A stretch of 55,949 bases of DNA, counting the filler, from Sphacelaria rigidula (taxonomy: Eukaryota): the NCBI GenBank assembly GCA_964200075.2. It is 3 parts of 3 records of this genome, joined end to end, with 100 filler letters (N's around TTAATTAATTAA, not from the genome) between each part and the next. Parts side by side here need not be neighbours in the genome. Positions count along the whole stretch, not along the records: positions 37,368 to 55,949 come from CAXNAA020000834.1; 2 more parts are not named here. One strand, 5' to 3'. Every line of letters starts with the position of its first letter. Position 1 is the first letter of the stretch. Below are positions 52,201 to 55,949 of this stretch, one piece after another. The position numbers and the translations under genes were made by a program. A model generated the notes under the pieces. The model saw only the letters and a program-made list of their open reading frames with translations, searched no databases and was not told the DNA's origin.

Positions 52201-53047
52201 TAGGTGCAGGAGTGAAACTATACTTCGAAGATTTGGTGTGGATACGAATATTTTAATTCTCCAGGTTCTCATCCTCAATAAAAAATCCACCCCCAATTTG
52301 CAAAATCCCGTGTTTATTACTGATGCTGGTGCTGGTGCTGCTACAGTTATTGCAACCATTTATTCCGCTAGTTTAACAAGTAGAAGAGTAGAGTTCTATG
52401 ATGCTTCACCGCAGAAACTGATTTCATAAAACGTGCCCACGTACCTTTATTGATACGGCACAGCACCATTCGAGGTTTGCAAATAAAATGCTACTACGCT
52501 GGTCAGCCGGCTATCGTTTAATTTCGTTCAGATGTGTAGGCTTTCGCATTTGTCACTTCTGTTTTCACATACACTCAGATACATGGGCAAGGAGCAAGCC
52601 AAGCACTGATAATAACCTTCTCCAGTCAGCCGATCGCGATTTTTTTCACGATTTTCTCTCCATACTATATCCACATCGATTCGCACGCAGGCAAGAGCAA
52701 GAGCGGATGATGGGGGCGGAGGCATCTTTGTTTTACCACACCCGAACGCCGTCGCGAAATGGGAGGTCTCCCGCTGGACCTACGCCGCCCTTCCCCTCTC
52801 TCCCCTCGCCATAAACATCGCAGAAAGTGCGCTTCTAATGCATCACTTTTCTGTGAGCAAAGGACTGCTGCTCATCGTTGTGGACCTGCTGGCCGTGTGC
52901 CCGGCACTGGCTCGGTTCGTGATGGAAGCGCTCGAAATGTCCACCTCTGTTCCCTTGAAACCGTACAGGAGAGGCGACGCAGATGCGGGGATCAAGTCCC
53001 CGACCACTCCTTTCAAGAGGAGTATCGGGCAGCACGGATTTTTGTGA
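43983..53047 (+). CDS. Tentative multi-exon gene for an unknown membrane protein (5' end unresolved)
   Basis: Phase-compatible GT-AG chain: 43983-44077, 44413-44580, 45170-45266, 45785-45830, 47357-47433, 48722-48836, 49906-50228, 51544-51577, 52863-53047 (stop). The best exon, 49906-50228, encodes hydrophobic helices (WLLLVYYACVAKGGYFWSIWVALGVLLLTGHFAQ). No family recognised; the upstream exons are less certain. Confidence 0.45.
46197..46361. repeat. (CAT)n microsatellite
   Basis: Direct reading. Confidence 0.95.
49173..49535 (-). mobile_element. tRNA-derived SINE, family A (copy 2)
   Basis: B box GGGTTCGAATCT; shares CATCCCATCTATT..GGACGCC and TTCCTTCTGCGGTGCTTG with copy 1. Confidence 0.75.
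50830..51272. mobile_element. ~440-bp palindromic MITE (copy 3)
   Basis: Same termini and arms as copy 2. Confidence 0.85.
51872..52313. mobile_element. ~440-bp palindromic MITE (copy 4)
   Basis: GGGATTTTACAAATTGGGGATGG ... CCACCCCCAATTTGCAAAATCCC; termini like copy 1. Confidence 0.85.
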
Positions 53048-54414
53048 CGGCTTCGTTTCACGATGTCTTCTGCCGTGAAACATTGTGGGTACAATTTCCT
53101 TAGTCAGATTATTGTTGACCATACCTTAATCTTTGTACCGGCTGCTGGCTTCATCAATTTTAGCGGTACACGGTAGATCGTCGAAGTGGCAGAAGTAGGA
53201 GTAGCAGTAGTGTACCTTGAGAGTGAAAGTTGCCAGCGCATAAAAGTGGTCACGAAGAGGGTAAATGTTTGCTGTTTTGGATTTGTGAGCAATCGCAATT
53301 CGATACACACGATGGACGCTACAGCATCATCTCCGCGAGGTAGGTATGTTTCCCGACACTCAGGTCGCCCCCACCCCATCCTCTCTAATCCCTTCCTCGT
53401 GCTTGCCCCTGACTATTTGCTGTACTGGTAGACATCCCCCATGGCCCCTGCGAGGTGATGAAAATAGAAGGGTCTTGGACTATCGTGGTAATTGATTGAC
53501 AGACTGATTGAGCGAACGAGAACCCACTGGGTGGTATTTGACAGAATCCACCAGATACATCGTACTCCACACGTAATTATATCTGATGGTGGTCCTGTCC
53601 CTCGATAATTTCGACATAAAAAACATTGCGAAGGCCGTTCGACCATAAATGGTGTTCATCTAGTGTAAATTGTGAAAGTATCGGACGTAGTGCTGTGTAT
53701 GTGAGAGCGGGGTGGTCAGGATGAAAACAAATAATAAGCAAATGACGATTTAATGGTTTTCATTCACGTGTTTTCCGCCTCAGTGCTACGGAAACATGGC
53801 GCTCTCTATATAAAGGGTCATATACCAAAGTAGTGTGTAACATATTACTCTTTCAGACGGATCGGGGGGGAAATCTAGCTGGTTGCTTCTGAGCCTCAAT
53901 TTTGACTGCCTCGGGTGGGTGTTGATGGATGGAAGAAGAAGAAGCGGATTTATGTGTCATGCATTGACCATTCACATTTATTCCTCGGTGGCATTGAGAA
54001 ACTGCCAAGTAGTAAGGTTGTGGTCTGGTTCCTTGTGTTTACCCTTCTGTAGTTTGTTACCGACAATATCGGGCACGTGTGCGCGTGCATGTGAGTATAC
54101 ATGTGTTGTATACTTCGTGTTATACACGGCTTTTGCATGGCGTGTGTGTGTTGTCATCTCATCTATTCTGTACGTGTAGTCAATGATTCCTTGGACAGTG
54201 GATTTTCTAAGAATCTTACTCTTTTTTAGTGGATCTACGGTAGGGGTTCAGATGTTTTTCTCTGAGGCTCTTCAAGGTAGGAGCCGCGCGATGACAAACA
54301 TCTGGGCCTTAGTGGGCAGCTTCAGAAACCTCTTGGACTGAACAGTGCACCCCTACCGTAGAATTACCCTCTTGAAGGCTAACTCGTGCCACCTATCTAC
54401 CTCGGAGGAGATCG

Positions 54415-54598
54415 GTCGATTGATTGATCGATTAATCGTCGCACTTTGACTGATCCCCCAGAGATTCAGCCGTGGTCACACGGTAGACGTACCCGAGACA
54501 AAACAAAACGGACACACTTGCTGAAGACAAGTGAAGAAAAAACAGAAAAAGGTAGAACAGACAAACAGAGTAGACTAAGAAAATAAAAGAAAGGAGGC
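54415..54598 (-). mobile_element. 3' end fragment of the same RTE LINE family
   Basis: Reverse complement matches 25230-25302 (CCACGGCTG..GGTCAGT(T/C)AAAGTGCG + ATCA repeats). Confidence 0.7.
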
Positions 54599-54600
54599 AA

Positions 54601-54936
54601 TTTATTTATTTATTTACTCATTCACTTATTTGTCGCCCTTTGAACCCCTCCCCTTTCTCGGGACGAGTCCGTGGTCTACTAGTCTCAAGGGATCAACCCA
54701 TCTCTGCCCCGGTGCACGCCTTGCAATTTGGTCTCGCGGATGTATTCAGCACTCCCGCACCGCGTCAACGCACGCCAAACAAATTCAGTCAACTGCTTTG
54801 TTTACTCACGTTCTCTCGCTTTCCACCGTGGGAGTCAGACACTACGAAGAAAAAACCCAACGCATCGGGACTCAAACCCTCGTTCTCTCCACCCCAATGG
54901 CGACAGTCGGACCACTACGCCACCAGGGTGCGGCGG
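54601..54936 (-). mobile_element. tRNA-derived SINE, family B, with (TAAA)n tail
   Basis: A box GGTGGCGTAGTGGT, B-box-like GGGTTTGAGTCCC; (TTTA)n at 54601-54615 on the plus strand. Confidence 0.7.
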
Positions 54937-55949
54937 CTACAGAAAGAAGAAGAACAGAAATGGGCGTCTGCCACACAGCTTCGGTGAGAAAGGTCTTCCG
55001 CAAATCCACGTTCATACCCAATCGTAGAAAACAAAAATCCGTGGGAAAAGGTTGCGGCTCATTTACCCCGCCCCCACTGTTTTGGATATGCGGTTCGATT
55101 CTCGTTTGTCTTCGCGTCGCCACGTGGAGAGGTCATTGTATTTGTAGTCAAGTCCAACCTTTTCTATAGTGCTCTGCCCGACCACTAATAATATATGTCC
55201 TCGTTCGCGCTAGCCTGCATTTATGCTCGCTTGCACGCTACGTATGCTTTGTGGTCGGTGTGCGTGTGTCGCGTGTTGCCGTTTCAGTGATGCCTCTAAG
55301 CGTCATAGATGAGTGTCGCCGCGTTGCTGGGGTACTGGAGGATGGCAGCTATGTCGCACGCAGTAGCACCTCGTAGACATATACGCTCGTGGTAACAACA
55401 CAAGCTATACTGGGGGCGCTGTAGTGGTGGCCGAGTGTCGTGTGGGCGTGTGTGGTGTGCGTGCACACGATCATCTTGGTATGCTACGCCCGGCGCCGTT
55501 CTCATCATTGAATGCTTCGACTCTGAGGTTATTGCCGCGTGCGTAGTACCCGTTTTTTCGCTCACGGCTTGGATGACAAGAGGGGAGTACATAGATCGGT
55601 TTGTTATCGAGATTTCATTAGATGGGGGTCAAGACTCCATTCTTCGAGTGCAATGTAGTTATTATCCTGTGTTTCCACGTTTGTCCACCAATCAATGCGA
55701 ATGTTTACGATTCGTATTTTTTTGCATGAATATCCTTGCAGAAAAGATCCCGAACACTTTGTGCTCACGCAGATAATATGCATGACTACTGTGGTTTTGT
55801 GCGTTTTTTTTTCCGGTACACCCTAAACACCTCCACATCCCGACCCCGATGGGGTTGGCGTCGCTCGGCGATGGCGCTGTAAAACACGCCACTCACTGCG
55901 TAAGCCAGGCAACCAGGTTACCGTTTTTTTTTTGCGCGCTTGCGTTTTT

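Overview
Eukaryotic, intron-rich and TE-rich nuclear DNA. It is most likely a stramenopile (brown alga), inferred from ~50% GC, many short GT-AG exons, an RTE-type LINE and TTAGGG repeats. The window is not one locus: it is three contigs of 18584, 18583 and 18582 bp (1-18584, 18685-37267, 37368-55949) joined by artificial N44-TTAATTAATTAA-N44 linkers, so nothing should be linked across the gaps. Contig 1 holds a decayed intron-containing hAT transposase with nested MITEs and a retroposon, plus SINE/MITE copies; no host gene could be confidently built. Contig 2 holds 15 phase-consistent minus-strand exons (848 codons, no stops, both ends missing) of a fusion protein: animal-type heme-peroxidase-like domain (proximal His apparently lost, ~160-aa insertion) + DOMON + cytochrome b561 + the start of a cytochrome b5-like domain, a DUOX-like architecture built from different parts. 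Upstream is a TIR element filled with a regularly phased 42-43 bp repeat/unique-spacer array (CAATATATATTG-N6-CAATAY-N18/19). Contig 2 also has a Ginger-like foldback carrying telomeric repeats, an RTE LINE and a piggyBac-like insert inside a satellite. Contig 3 holds the first exon of a small single-TM protein gene, a tentative plus-strand multi-exon membrane-protein gene, tRNA-derived SINEs and MITEs. All calls were made by eye; no database searches were run.
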